Below are positions 11,134 through 25,235 of a DNA stretch of 64,000 nt, in pieces. This DNA comes from Camelus ferus (Eukaryota). Position numbers and translations under genes: made by a program. The stretch is from the NCBI RefSeq assembly GCF_009834535.1, contig NC_045697.1, forward strand, positions 88,476,001 to 88,540,000, written 5' to 3'. The notes below the pieces were generated by a model. That model did no database searches. It saw only the letters and a list, made by a program, of their open reading frames with translations, and was not told the DNA's origin. The first letter of the stretch is position 1. The number at the start of each line of letters is the position of its first letter.

Positions 11134-14100
11134 CAGTACTTTTAACTGGTTGTCTTTAGCACTTTATATACAGTGCACATGTTGTTATTAGCACTGTTAC
11201 CACTAAAGCGTTTACGGCTGCAAAGCTCATATAATGCATAGCTACAGCGATCACCCCTCACAAAGGTCCCCGCAAAAACAGAGCCTCTTGTAGACCAGAA
11301 GTCCAGCGCTGCTGACTCTGTTTCCTCACTGAGTAGACCCTTGTCTAGATCAGTAACTGCTTTTTCTGGTACCGTAGAAAAACTGATGATCTGATATGAT
11401 GCCAACCTGTAACCTAGTGGGACATTCTTAGTGAAATGAAATTGGCTGAAAAGCAGCAGCATGGCTGTTGTACAACTTACTGCGTTTCACTCACAAGAGC
11501 TGGATATCAAATATTCCCACAGTCTTGGAGGAATTGCTTCTGAGCTCGACTACCTGATGACTATAGGAGAATTTCATGTAGAGCTCCTACCTCTCCATCC
11601 TCCCCAGGAAGCACGTAAAGCTATTTGGGAAGTGTGGCTATTGATACATTCCTAGGAGTGCTGTCGTTCAATCTCAGTGTGTTGTCCCCAGAGCTGAATG
11701 GTGACACCCTTTAGGGTAGAACTGACTGAGGTAGTTTATAACCATATACAACTCTGTTGTTGAAATTCTGCTTATATTTTGTCATTTTATTGTTTTTCCC
11801 CTTCCAATTTGCAACAAAAGAATTATCTCATCCCTTGACACCAGAATATCACATATCTGTGGACCATTTATCCATGTGAAAGAATAGAAAAAAACAGCTG
11901 GAGAAAATTAGCATCTATTTTATTACTTCCTACTTGCAGCAATGTCTATGAGCACTGATTTTAAAAGGTTAGTCTCTAAATGTCTCTTGGTGTCATAGTA
12001 TGATATGGAGAATTTAAATCTAAATCTTTAGTTTCTTATTAAGAAAAAATGGCAAAGGTATCAAAGTCAGGAAAGCAATGTTAGAAAGAACATAATATGT
12101 CAAAATTACTCCTTATTTATATAGATGGTAAACCCTGTGGTGATGGTTATCCCTGCTGATAACCACCCATGGTGGAAATAAATCCTATTGGAGGAAACCA
12201 GAACTTGTTACACTGGATCATAGACTGGCCTGAAAAATAATTTCTGTCTACAGACCATGCTGTCCGAGTTCCATTTCAAGAAAATGCTGTCTGTGCACAT
12301 TGTAGAAAGTTTCCACCTTATTGAAGCAGGCCAAGGTTAGGGACAGTCACGTCTTGGAAGTCATATTATCAATCGATACATCACCCTTTAATCAGAAGTT
12401 CAAGACCTAAGTTTCAGTAAAATATGCTCCTCACTTCAGATGCCTGTAAATAATTAAACCTTATTCCCCTCCAAGGCTTACACATCAATGACAGAAGAAT
12501 ATTAGCAGGAGGTTATGAAGGGGAAAGTGAACCTTGTGATTCACGGATGCTGGACTCAGAGGTGAGACACCCCAAAATGTGCAGACATTTCTTTGCCAGG
12601 CTTGGAAGATCTGGGTTAATTTTAGCAGGAAAAGAAACAATTTCCTTAGACCTCACAAATAGATAAAGAATTTTATGTTGTCTTCTGAAAGGTCATCGGT
12701 GCTGTTAATTCTTCATCGTGTCAGAAAGAGAAAAATCAATTGAAATGTAGTTGGTAACAATGAAAGAAAGGCCTCGGGGGAGACCTGGCATTAATTCCAC
12801 CCCTTCTTACCTTGCTGCTATCACAAATGACCTGCCACCTGCCACACCGTAAGGAGGAATGGGTGCCTTGTAGCTACTTACTTGTCAGGAAAGGGTTAAA
12901 GCAGAGGCTCCCTCCCTCAGCAAGGGCTGCCAGAGATTAAACAGAAAGGGCAGGTTGGAGAAAAACGACTTTTAGGCTCCTCAGTCTGATATTTTGCTTT
13001 TGTATTTAAATGTATATAGAAAATGCTGTATTTAATTGAAAGCTTGATTTTTTTCTTTAAAACGTAATGACTTTTAATTACAATAAGATTTTCTTTTAAT
13101 TACAAAAAGCCTGAATTACTTTGTTTTTATGGCTCATTCTTATTAACATCACACATCTACAAGCAGAAAACCAAAAAAACTCCACAAAAATGCCCCACTT
13201 AACACCAACAAGTGACAGTAGAAAATCTTTTCATTGTTTAATTGATGAGATTTTAAAGGAACTTGTATTGATCTATTTAATACTATTGATAGATTTACTA
13301 TTATTTATAGGAACTTAATTACTATCACTTACAATTTGCACATGTTCCATGATGTAATGGAGAATATCTAAATCAAATAAAATGAGACGATAGGGATGTG
13401 TAGAAATATAAAATTAATTAGGTCATGCTTTAAGCACTTTTACACATGGTATCATACAATTGCTTAAGTCAGCACTCTTAGCACAGACAGGGGATCGTCA
13501 GCCTGCAAAGCCGAATAGATTTATATTGCCAGCTGGTGGAATGTATAAATCTTTTAATTGTAACATTTATTACTTGAATTATATTGAGTTGGGAAAAGTT
13601 GACTTTCAAAGCATTGGTGCAAGAGGGATGGTTGCTAATTGTATATCATTTTGACTTTTGAATTACTGCAAGTCCTCTACAGCAAAGCAGGAGGACAGAG
13701 TCATTAGTTTCATGAATTTATTTTGCTTTGAACATCCAACCAACACTCTAAGGTACATTTTCAGAACATTCTTTAACTGTTCTTTTTGGTCTACAATTTG
13801 TTTCACCATCTCCCCAAATTTTTTTCTCCATCTTTCTCTTGGTATTTCAATATGTCCAGCCCTTACTGTGCACCAGTTAAAATATGGACACCACCTTAAA
13901 TTAGGCAGAAGAGCACTAAGAGAAAGAGAAGAGCCCGAGTTACTGCACCCTTTATAGCTCCTTGGCAGTATCAGAGAAAGAATTCCAAGTACACTAGACG
14001 CATGAAACACATTAATGCCTCAATTTCCAACCATTGTGTTGAATTAGGTATCAGTTGGCTTGTAAATTTAGGAAACAATTTCAGTTGGGAGTCTTCAAAG

Positions 14101-14570
14101 CCAAATCATTCTGTGCAAGCAAGAGTAATACAATGTGCAAGGGATACTTAGCGATTATTTAAGCATGTAAATATGTTTTTAATATCTCAGTGTATGTATC
14201 AGTCAGACTAGCCAATAACCTTACTTCTGGTAGCCTTTCTGCAAACATGGAAGTCTGTCTAAATTTTATTGTTTATTGAAATTAAATGTACGTGTACTTT
14301 ATTCATATACTGTACAATGTCGACCACTTTAACCCTTGAGAATTTCTTAAACTTAGTACTGAGTCATTGGGTTTATGGGTACTAATTTGATACTCCAGTT
14401 GCAATTGGTTTTGAACATTGTTTTTTCCCATTTTTTGTGCAAGCCTTTTCAAAAATGAAAATCAAATTTTTATAGAACTTTTTATTTTTATAAATAATTT
14501 TAGAATCAGAAATCCATTCCTGCTAGAGAAAACTAAAAGTTTCCATGGGAATATTAGCAGTTGAAGGGCA

Positions 14571-14768
14571 ACTATTTAGGATCCAAACTAGCTGATCCAA
14601 GATAATGGACTGTTTCATCTTTGTACAATATACCTGTGTATCACAGAAGTGCTGTTTTTTTTTTCATCCTTCTCTAAAAACGAGTCTTTGATTCCCCTAA
14701 ACATCCTCCAAGAGATATTTTTTGGCAGCAGAGGTAACATCTAGAAAATAGAACACTTGTGGGTCATA
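14571..14768 (+). repeat. Diverged local direct duplication, copy 1
   Basis: Collinear similarity to 16068-16260 (see findings). Confidence 0.75.
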
Positions 14769-14853
14769 TACTGTTATCTCTGGAGACTGGATCTTTCTTA
14801 CGGAAGAGAACTATTTTGCCAAGTTTAGCTTATGCCTAAAAATTATGATCCTG

Positions 14854-15330
14854 TGTATTAGCCAGATTTCTCCAGAGAGAGAGAAGTAATAGAATATATT
14901 GAGAATATTTATGGTAAGGAGTCAGCTTACATGATTATGGAGACTGAGAAGTCCCATGATCTGCCATCTGCAAATCACAAACCCAGGAAAGTCAGAGGTG
15001 TAGTTTCCAAGTCTGAGTGAAGATGTGAGAACCAGGAGTGCTGCGGGGTAAGTTGGAGTCTGGGGACAGGAGAAGACTGATGTCCCAGCTCAGCAATCAG
15101 GCAGAGAGAGGGAGGGAGGAGGGAGAGAGAGAGAGAGGGAATTCTCCTTTCCTCAGTCTTTTAGTTCTGTTCAGGTCTTTAGTGGATGGGGAGATGCCAC
15201 CTTCTTAGTCAACAGGTCCAAATGCTAATCTCTTCTGGAAACATCCTCATGGACACACTCAGAAATAATGTTTTACCAAATAAGTGAGAACCCTGCGACC
15301 CAGGCAAATTGGCATATCAAATAAACTATA
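14854..15330 (-). mobile_element. MLT2 solo LTR
   Basis: 'tgtattagccagattttctccagagag...gagaagtcccatgatctgccatctgcaa...ctcagaaataatgttttacc' is antisense MLT2. Confidence 0.88.
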
Positions 15331-15644
15331 GGGTACTGGTATTTCAAAGAATCAGACTTCAGAGTTTTCAAAGTATTTCTTGTCTTTAAAAAACTATGAT
15401 TTTTTAATGCCACTTTCATTATTTCAAATGTTTGCATCATGTCCAACTCAATCATGTTTTTATAGCAATGGATATTTATTGAATTTCTCTTATGTGATAA
15501 CTTTTATTATCTACTTTTTTTAAGTCATTATTTCCTGGAAAGTTAAATGCGATTAAAATTTGGTAAATTGAGAAATGCTAGCATGGAAGTGGGAAGCTGT
15601 AGTTCACAGCAGCTAAAAGTGTAGCTCCTCCAGCAGGGAAATGG

Positions 15645-15830
15645 CTGCAAACGAATCTCAGCCCCAGGACTCACTGGCTGTGTGCCGCTGTACAAGGCAG
15701 CGTGCATTCTAGCCTTCAACATCTTCGTTGGTACAAAGGAGATTAGAATGGTATCTACGTCATAAGGGGAATGTGAGGAATAAATCAATCTGTGTATAGC
15801 ACTGACATGTTGAGTGGCATTATAAAAAAC
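15645..15830 (+). mobile_element. MIR
   Basis: Degenerate MIR core 'gaatctcagcccc...ctcactggctgtgtg...tatctacgtcataagggg...tgtgaggaataaa'. Confidence 0.55.
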
Positions 15831-16067
15831 ATAGACCTCCTTACCAAATGTAATTTTTATAGGCCTTTAATTTTCACTTAAGTTATTTAGCCATTCTCCG
15901 AATTATGTTTTCACCAGCAGTGCCTTTTAATCAGGAGTGTTTATCAGAATTATCTAGATACCATTTTATTTTTTCCAAAATATACATGCCTTAATGAAGG
16001 ACAATCACTGGAGAATGGGATACAGGCATGCATGTTTTGAAAAAGTGAATCAAGTTATTCTTATGGC

Positions 16068-16260
16068 ACCATTTAGGCTCCAAGCTAGCTGGAAGAGATC
16101 AAAATAAATGATGTTTTTTGTTCTTATATGATACACCTGAGTATCATGGAAGTGTTATTTCTTATTTTTCTAAAAATGAGTCTTTTGATTCTCCCAACCA
16201 CCCTTAGAGAGATTTTTGGGGGCAGATAAGGCCTAGAAAATTGAACATTTATAGCTCACT
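16068..16260 (+). repeat. Diverged local direct duplication, copy 2
   Basis: Collinear similarity to 14571-14768. Confidence 0.75.
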
Positions 16261-17574
16261 TAAAGTTAGATTTATTTACAGTTATTTTACAACTGAAACT
16301 TTTAAAAGTGTATTTACCATTTCCAAGTTGATAATACAGTTAACCACTTCTGATTTATTTAGATATGATAACATGAAACTTTAAAAAAATATATTGTTAA
16401 GCAGGCAATGGTCAATAGTTCCCTACTATTTCTAATACAAATAGGTTTTTATCAACGTGCTTATTTCAGACTTAGGGGGAAATGCCTGGGGCTGAGAGGA
16501 AGGTGAGGGAGAGAGAGAGAGAACACACTGAGTGCCAGAGCAATGAATGGTTTTTCAAGTGTGTACATCTGAAGTCAAGGATTTTCTCCAGTTACTAGCT
16601 CTGACTCTAAATAACCAAAGAATTTAAGGTACATTTGCCTTATTCACTGCCTCCCTCGAGGGTAGACGCACTTCCTGCTGGAATCTCTCTTTACTCCGAA
16701 GGTCAGCTTGTGCTTTAATGCAGTCTCGTGTGTAAATTTCAGAGACCCCTTGAAGACATTGAATGGAATACAAAGGTCAGCAAATTCACAGTTAATAACA
16801 AGTAAAATGAAATTGTACATCTTTTAACTTAGAAGACATATTCCTTTTTTATTTTTAGTTTAGTTTGAAGTATTTCATCCGTTCAGGAAACTATAGAGAC
16901 TATGGCTCATAGTGAAATAGTTCAGCGTTCAGGGAGACCACACCTCCCCAACTTCCCTCGGCCAGATGGAAGTGGTGACAAGACAAAGCCTGGGCTCCCC
17001 TGAGAGCGCCAAGGGAGAGGGTAGCCAGCCTGTGTGACTCTCCAGTTAACACGTGGCTCTGGGCCCCTTGGCCCATTCTCTGTCTCCATCTTTAACTCCA
17101 GGAGCCCCTTTAGATTCAGTATCATCTTGGTAGTTCACCAATGAAAGTTCTGAAGCTCCATTAGATGTGGATTCCCAATTTGGCTGAAAAACCCATCTTA
17201 CCAGGAACTGAGAGTTCTCTTCTCTCCACATTTTACCTCAAAAACCCAGCAGAGTACTTGGCATAGCATAGGTACGTATTAATTAAGTAAATGCATGTCT
17301 GAGAAGTCTAAAGTGAAAATTCTCTTCCTTTACCAGCAAAATATAAATCGTTTATCTTGTGGATTTACCCAAGGATCTGCTGGTGCCCATCCTCATGCTA
17401 ATTACATAAGAAACAGTATTTCAGGGGAACCATGAATATTTCTGTCATTTTTCCATTCTAAGTACCTTGTTGGGAAGGAGAAGTAGAGACCTGGCTTTTC
17501 TCTTTCACCTTTTACATGTTTACTTACTGACAATATTTTTATTTAGCTCCAAGGTATGTGCTCAGGACCAGAAT

Positions 17575-17760
17575 GAATTTCTTTGCATATTATTTAAGTG
17601 AGACCTCTACCAAAATTGTGAGGGGGGCATAAAAATGTATACGTATTTTAAAGATGAGAAACCTAAAGCTCAGAAAATTTCAGTAAGTTCTCCTATTGAC
17701 ACCTCTCACATGGTGGAACTGAGGTCAGGACGCAGGAAGGAATGACTGCACAGTGCGTCC
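17575..17760 (-). mobile_element. MIR
   Basis: 'attttaaagatgagaaacctaaagctcagaaaa' is the antisense MIR core. Confidence 0.6.
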
Positions 17761-20700
17761 CATCCCACGATGTCCTGTCTCTCTGGAAGGTTCTCCTTTG
17801 GCCAGTGTTCACCAAGCACAGAGCCATTTACTCATTTGCTGATTTTTTTTTTTTCCTGAGAAGTCTCTAGTGGAGAATGGTCTAGTTCTTTACAGAATTT
17901 TGAAGTGTAATTGCACTGTCAAATCTTGATAAGAATCTGCTAGAATTGAAATAGAGTCTGTCTTTGAAATTCTTTCCAAAGTTTTATATTATTCAGGAAG
18001 TTCCTTTGCTCTAAAATGCTCTTCCCATTATTTTTCTATTTAAGCTTCTTGCTTGCTATTCTGTTCTCAGTAGACAGTTCCTAATTTTTCAATTCCAGTT
18101 TACATAATCTACAATTTGGATGACAGTTTCAATTGTCATAACTAGCTAATACACTACCCAGCACCATATTTTACATAGAGATAAAATAGTCATGGATAGA
18201 AAAGAAATGTTATGTTAACATTTTCCAGTAGTAATTTCTCATAATTATGTAAATGATAGTAATGGTTGAGAAAAACAGTGTTACTTCATTTTAAAAATAA
18301 GCTCATGGTTATTCAGCTAAATATTTAAAATATCATATACATACCCTGTAGCCAAAGTTGAAATACAGTAAGTTAGGCCATCTATTATTAGCTTAACTCT
18401 TGCAGTCAAATTTAAATGGTCAAGATGAAAAGAAAACGGTTGTTTTTAAATTCTGTTATGAGGTTGGAAGTCAAACACCATCGAAGTCCAGATTTTTACC
18501 ACTGATATCTCTTATTGATTGCAGACTTTTATTTCTAGATATCTTCTTTTAAACATGATACATTTGTTTGCCAATCTAGGTTTCTCGCCTTTTTTTGAAA
18601 AGGAGCATAGTTTAATACATGAGTATTTCAAAAAACTAAGGCATTATTTCTTCAGGATTAGATTTCACTTCAGTGTCTTTGTCCATGTTTAACAAAATGC
18701 CTCCAAAATATCCCATTATACTAGCATTTTACTACAAAAATTAAGTACACATCAGAAATATATTTCAATCTGAGCACATCTTATGTGGTGTACATGTTAG
18801 CATCTTTGAATTCTCATTCTTAGATTGACATGTGCTTTTCTTGAAATGTGACCCTTTGGATGGGTGTCTGTGGTGTGACCTGTTGTGACTGGAGAAAGGT
18901 CACTACTATGATCTAAGTTTGCTGTATTGTTTTAGAATTTTCAATTCTTCTGTAAAGACAAGAAAAACACAGTGTGGTAGATGTATAAGGAATACAAAGT
19001 ATGGATAGTGTATAAGATAGTAGCTCATGCGTTCTAGACAAAAAGTGTAATAAATGATAGACATACACAATAAAAAAGCTAGTAACTTGTAAAATAAGAG
19101 CAGAATTAATGTATAAAGTATAAAAAGTAAGTCAGTAATATGTGAAACATGCCAAAAATAGAGTCAATAGAGAATCCAGCAAGACAAAGGAAAGGGTGGG
19201 CTATAGATAGAAATTGATGGGAAAGACAAGTGCTGGTCCCTCCACTTCTGGGCTGAGAGCTGTCTCACCCCTACGTCAGTCACGCACTGATGACACTCAG
19301 TGTGTTCTAGTCTGACCCCAAACATGCTCCACCAGGAAATGTAAGTAAAACCCATGGATGTTTAGCAGGCTAATCGCAAGTTCCTGCTGTAGGCGGCGCA
19401 CCTGTCCCTGCATCTCTCTGACAGAGTGAGTGTGTATCACTGGCCTGGTAAACTTCGTATCTGTGGGCCCCTTGCTCAAACCTTGACTCTGGTGTTTGTA
19501 ATCACACCTGCCGCAGGAGAAGTTAATGCAACAGAGAGGGAACAAGATATAGAACTTTGTGTAATCCCAGATCGAGATAGTGTGGACTTGCCATCACTTG
19601 CAAGCTGTCCTACATGTGGTATCCTACCCCATCTCTCACCTCTGTGTCTTGCTGTGTGATTACATTAATTTAATACAGTGTGGGATTTGAGCATTTTAAT
19701 TGGGTCTGTAAGCATTTCAGTTCTTTGGCTTCTGGGATAGCTTACCTGGTAGTGTACCTGGGAGCTACTACTGCTTCAGAGTAATTTCCCTCCTGGCACT
19801 GACCTGGCTCACTAAAGCACTAGGAAAACCTACAAGCCCTGGGCGGAAGGGTCTAGAGTGAGATGGGAATCTAACCAAGTGAATCTTCAAGGTCCATGTA
19901 TGGTTTGATGGTGACTTAACTCCTGTGTGAATCCTGCTCAAATATAAAGGGAACCAATATTACTTATTTGGTCAGTGAGTATATCATCTCCAAAAATATC
20001 CAGGGGAAAATAAACTTAAAATCCGATGGTGAATAAAACACAGTTGTGTAACTTGCTCCTTAACTATCATTTTGTTCAATACATCATTATCAAAATAGAT
20101 TGAATTTATATATGATACACTATTATCAATAATATGTTACAGTTACTACTGAGGCTTACTCTTTGAAAAATAATTTGAGTTATTTAAGTGAGTCTATTTC
20201 TATAACTTAATCACCAAGTAATAACAATGAAAACAATAACAATACTTCCACAAGTCCTTTTTTTCTCTCAGGAAGCAGAAGAGCTGCTTTTTACCTTATT
20301 TATGAATCCAAACTAAAGAAACACAGGCATTTTAACAAAGTTTCTGCATAAAACTTGCTCTAGTCATAAGTCACACTATTTCTTTGCATTCCTTAGTGGC
20401 AAGCTTGGTTTCCTCTCTGGAATAAGATTTTTGCTTTTAATGACATTCTTGGTCTTGAGAGACATACAAAGTAGAATAGGGAAATCATTTTGAATTCAAA
20501 ATATTCAGTCTGCAATCAATGCTACTTTTTTATGAAGTATAATGAGAGCAGAGAACATAAAGGGGTAGGTAGTCTTTGCCCATTGTGTTTTTTATTTGAT
20601 TTTAAATGCCTCTGGGCTCTGGGTGGCAGAAGCTGCAGTTCATCATAGTTTCTGTGACTCCCTCCTGTCTTACTACTTCGCACAATTCCTACTTAACTCC

Positions 20701-21129
20701 AGAAGATGTTTGAGGCTGCCAGGGCACAATTTGAGGCATATTAAATGTTCAGTGGGCACACTGAGGAAGACAAGGGTGATAAATTACCCTTGGGACAAGT
20801 TTCACCAAAAAGATAAACTTTGAAATCCATCTGAAGATTGTACTGGAATTGTACCATTATTTTCCTTATTTCGGGGGCTTTGAATTATCTTTATTGTTTA
20901 ATCTACTTGTATAATGTAATGATATAATATTATAAAATGCATGTTGTTGATTAATTTACTCATCTAGTTTTCTACTTTGAAGTATTTTCACAAATAATCA
21001 AAAAATATTTCATATTGAATATAATTTGCTCAGAAATAAATGGATCATTATTATTTATTACAGAAAACTTTTGTCATCTCCAGAAGAAAGATCTGGAGAG
21101 GAAAAAAAAAAACTTCAAATTCCATGGTG

Positions 21130-23300
21130 AAACTTCTGCCTCTGGGGACATAGAGCAGGTGTACTTTTCTCTATACCTCCCACTAAATGCGACTAGAAGC
21201 TCTGGAAAATTATATCTACTGTAAAATTTACATATCTAAATATAATTAAATAGTTCAAACATAAATATAGAAATAATTCAAGTATATAATACAATTACAT
21301 ATAATTTTATATTGTATATAATTCTTATGTTTGTTTTACATACATATACATATAAGTGTATTTATATGCATGTAAAATAAACGTAAGAAGAATGAAAAGT
21401 GGAGCCAGTGGTTGCAGGCTGGACTGGCCAGGGACTCTGGGACTCAAAAATAAAATGGGAATGAGTTCCCTGGGTTTTCTTTCTGCCTTACATATTCCAG
21501 AAGCCAGTAATCCCCCCCCCCCCAACAGTACCTGTTTTCTTTAGCTAAAGTACTGGAAAAGTGACAGTCTAGCAAGAGATAAACTTTTAGACAATAACTC
21601 TACTCCAGCCAAACACCTTGGGAAAAATAGAGTCCCCACTGCCATCCAAATCAACAAAGGTCTAGCAGCAAGTCTAGCCTTGACCAGGGTCTCCAGCCTT
21701 TCCATCCTTTCCCTCCTAGGTGTTAATGAAGACCAAGTAGGGAACCAGACAATGAGACCCTCCACCACACAGTGTCCTTGGAAACCACTTGGGGAGCGTA
21801 GACTTTCATCCCCACCCAGAAATAAGGTGGCACTCCTTCATCTGTCTGCTGGCATGGTTTCAGAGGACACCTGAAAGTCAGGACCTTCACCAGTAACCTA
21901 CCAATAGGGGCCACCTTCTATGGTTGTGATGGAGGTCAGGTGGGGTGCAGGAAAGAGGCACACCTGCCCCTCAGGGTAGTGTCAGGGGAGGTCTACTGGG
22001 GATCTAGAACCCCCATCCCTGTCCAGAAGAATGATTCTTTCTCCCCATTGGGTGTCAATGTAGGTTGATAGGGAAACTTGATTTCTCCCACCACCTGGCA
22101 GGAAGGAGGCTCCACCTTCCCCAGCTCACTGGAGCAGTGTCAGAGGAAGCCAGAGGAGGATCAAAGTAGACCTGGAGTCCAGCAATACGCAGGTTTCAGT
22201 AGAAAAATCATTCATCATACCAAGAAGCTGGAATACCTCAGGTGAGAAATGGCAATCAACTGATGCCATCAGCAAAATGACAAAGAGGCTAGAATTACCT
22301 GACAAATATTTTAAAGCAGACATTTACCAGAGGGTACAGATAAATGGTAAAAAAGCACATGAAAAGATGTTCAATATCACTCGGCATTAGGGAGACTGAA
22401 AATTAAAACTACAATGGGATATCACTACACACGTCGTAATTGCAAAAACAAATTTTAAAAAATGACAACACGAAACTCTTGTGTGAATATAGAAAAGTGG
22501 AATCACTCCTGTCTTGATGGGGGGGAATGTAAAATAAGACAGCCACATTGGAAAACTGGCATTTTCTTCAGAAAAAAAAAAAAGAAAAAAAAAACAAAAA
22601 CAACTAAACATACCACCCAGTAATTGTCCTTCTGGGCCTTTATTCTGGAGAAATGAAAGCTTATATTCACACAGAATCCTTTACAGGAATGTTCATAGTG
22701 ACTTTATTCATAATAGCTAGAAACTGGAAACAGCCCAGATGTTCCATTTTGGATGATTAGGTGGGCATCACATGGAACATACATATCGTGGAGTACTATT
22801 CAGCAATAATAATTTTAAAAAATTATTGATACATGCAACAACCTGGATAAGTCTCCAGAGATTTATGCTGTGTGAAAAAAAAATGCAATCCAAAAAAGTT
22901 ATTTGGAACATGATTTTAAGTAAGTGCATTAATAAATAAAATGGGTTTAAGAGAAATGTTAAAAAATAAAGTATGATTCGATTAGTATCCCATTCCTGAA
23001 ATAAAAAAACTTAAAAGGAATACTGATCAAATGGTTACAGCAATTAAGGACAGGAGGGCCCTTGAGGAGGGGGACAAAAGGGGCTTAGTGTGGCTCAAAA
23101 AGAGTGAAACACCACTGAGCCTTGTGCCCGAACTATCCTGTGTCTTAACTGCATCAATGCCAATATCCTGGTTGCCAAGTTGTACTATAGTTTTGTAAGA
23201 TGTTACCACTGGGGACACAGCATAAAAGGTACATGGGATTTCTCTGCATTATTCTTCTACAAATGCATACGAATCTATAATTATCTCAAAATAAAAATTT
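21130..23300 (+). mobile_element. Old L1 (L1MC-like) with 5' UTR/ORF1 start joined to ORF2 end and 3' UTR
   Basis: 5' UTR-like sequence to ~22200 and ORF1-start-like 'ctagaattacctgacaaatattttaaagcag'; then ORF2-end motifs 'aagcacatgaaaagatgttcaatatcac' and 'aaactggaaacagcccagatgt'; ends 'gaatctataattatctcaaaataaaa'. Confidence 0.75.
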
Positions 23301-23484
23301 AATTAATTAATCCAATGCTGAGTGTGGCTGCAGATTATCTGGTTATGTGACTTGTATCTTAACTTCCCCTGTAGTCAACCGCATCATTATTATTAAAATA
23401 GATCAAATTGATATGTAACCTACAATTATCACTCATATTCATGATTACCAACTAATCTGTGTAAGTTAATTTATTTTTCCTGAT

Positions 23485-24030
23485 CTAGGGTTCTCTCAGC
23501 AGCAGATAGACAGGGACAGCCACAAATTGTGATATCTCTTTGGCAACACAGCATCCTTGAAAGGAGAGGAGTTAAGTGCAGGAGAAACACAAGTGCAGTC
23601 CAAGAACATGCTGAGGCAGAAGCATCTCGAGTTTTCACTCTACCTCCTGGCAGAGAGGATCAAGGTGAGTTCCAGGAGTGTGGCAAAGTCCAACATGTTT
23701 ACTGAATATAATCGAAAGAAGGGGCTATAGGCTGAAAATTAATCATTTGGAAGGCAGTGCTACTTTGCTGGACATCCAAGACTTATCTTTGGGGACCCAC
23801 TGGAAGTAGGGGTAAAAGCTGGAGCTGCTGGGAGTCAGGATTGGAAAGAATGGTTGAGACATGAGGCCCCACTAGGTTAGCGGGAACAGGTTGGCCCTAC
23901 TGCTAAGGGACCTGGCACCCAAGAGGGCCAAGAGGAAGGACTAGACACAGAGCCGTGCCCGGCCTAAGGAGGGTACAGACGACCAGGCTGTGCAGGCAGT
24001 GAGGGTTTAGCCTTCTGGCATGACATAATG
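23485..24030. mobile_element. Possible old LTR relic
   Basis: GC/purine-rich block with LTR-like composition; family not recognised. Confidence 0.25.
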
Positions 24031-25235
24031 GAGAATTCTTCCCAAATCCAATCTACCTTGGGGAGGAATGCCACACACCACACCAAAATGGAGTCCTAGT
24101 GGGTTTGAGGTAAGACAGAGCAATTGGCATGCTTCTGGGTCATCTTTTTAAGTAAAGGATGTGTTTAGAAAGGAGCAGAAACTGTTTCTCAGCAAAATGA
24201 GGTGGTTGGATGGAACAGACTTCAGGATCCTTCCATATGAGGATTAAATCCACAAATCTCAAGCATAAATAAACTCTAAATTATGTTTTTTCTTATTGTG
24301 AACTTTGTAGAGTAAAATGCTTATCATCTGCTTTGCTTTGTTTTGAAAGTTAATAAGATGTCACAACAAAAATCATTTAAAATAGCATAAAAACATTACA
24401 AAATAAACACGAATACTGTTTTAGAATAGTAATGCACTTTTAGTCAACTACTTCTCACACTGTTTGGAAGGTATAATGATCAAATAAATTTTGTGCCAGA
24501 GAAGGCAGAAATTGGTCTCTAATGTTTCTTGAGATAACAAAGTAAAAGGAGAAAATTATCTACAAATCATGATTGTTCTGGAGTCCAAAAACATTTTATT
24601 GATAGAATGATACCAGAAATCAAAACAATAAATTAGTCAGGAATAAAAATAATTTATAATCTTTACATTTTTAATACTATATTGAATCTAACTCCAGGAA
24701 CTGGGACACTGTATAATCAATTGCATGCATTAACTTTTTGGTTTTTTACTCCACTGATTTTGGATTCACATTATTAACTCCCTGATGCTTCTCTCCTTAA
24801 AGCACAATGTGTTATCATGCAGAATTAATTTGAAAAGTACTTTCTGAACTTACCATTGTTTATTCATGTAGAAAAACTGAAGAAAAATAAATTATTATTG
24901 AATAGCTACTTTAAACTAGGTGGCAATTAAGATGGGGTATTATATGAATACATACATACATATATTTATATGTAAAGCAACACTTAAAGATCCAAAAACT
25001 GCCAGTTGCTTTCTTTGGCTTTTCAGTTCTGCTTAATCTTTCCAGGTTTCCTCAAAACATATAAAATATTGCCGTAATAAAGAAGGGTTATCTTTTATCA
25101 TTTTAAAAATATCATTTGATAGCAATGCCATGATTTATCATTTAGTTCATTTAGGTTGATGAGCTGAAAAATATTATGTACTTTCAATTCAGTATTAAGT
25201 TAACCTGTGTGTTAGAAGGAGCCTTAGTCAAGAGT

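Noticed and set aside
11142..11462. Endogenous bornavirus N (faint 'LASYQ' and 'SAALDFWS' resemblance)
   Set aside because: Motif spacing is much shorter than in bornavirus N as I recall it and nothing else aligns; unsupported without a search.
13658..14010. Overlapping 99- and 115-aa ORFs
   Set aside because: Non-ATG starts, no recognisable domain and no splice context.
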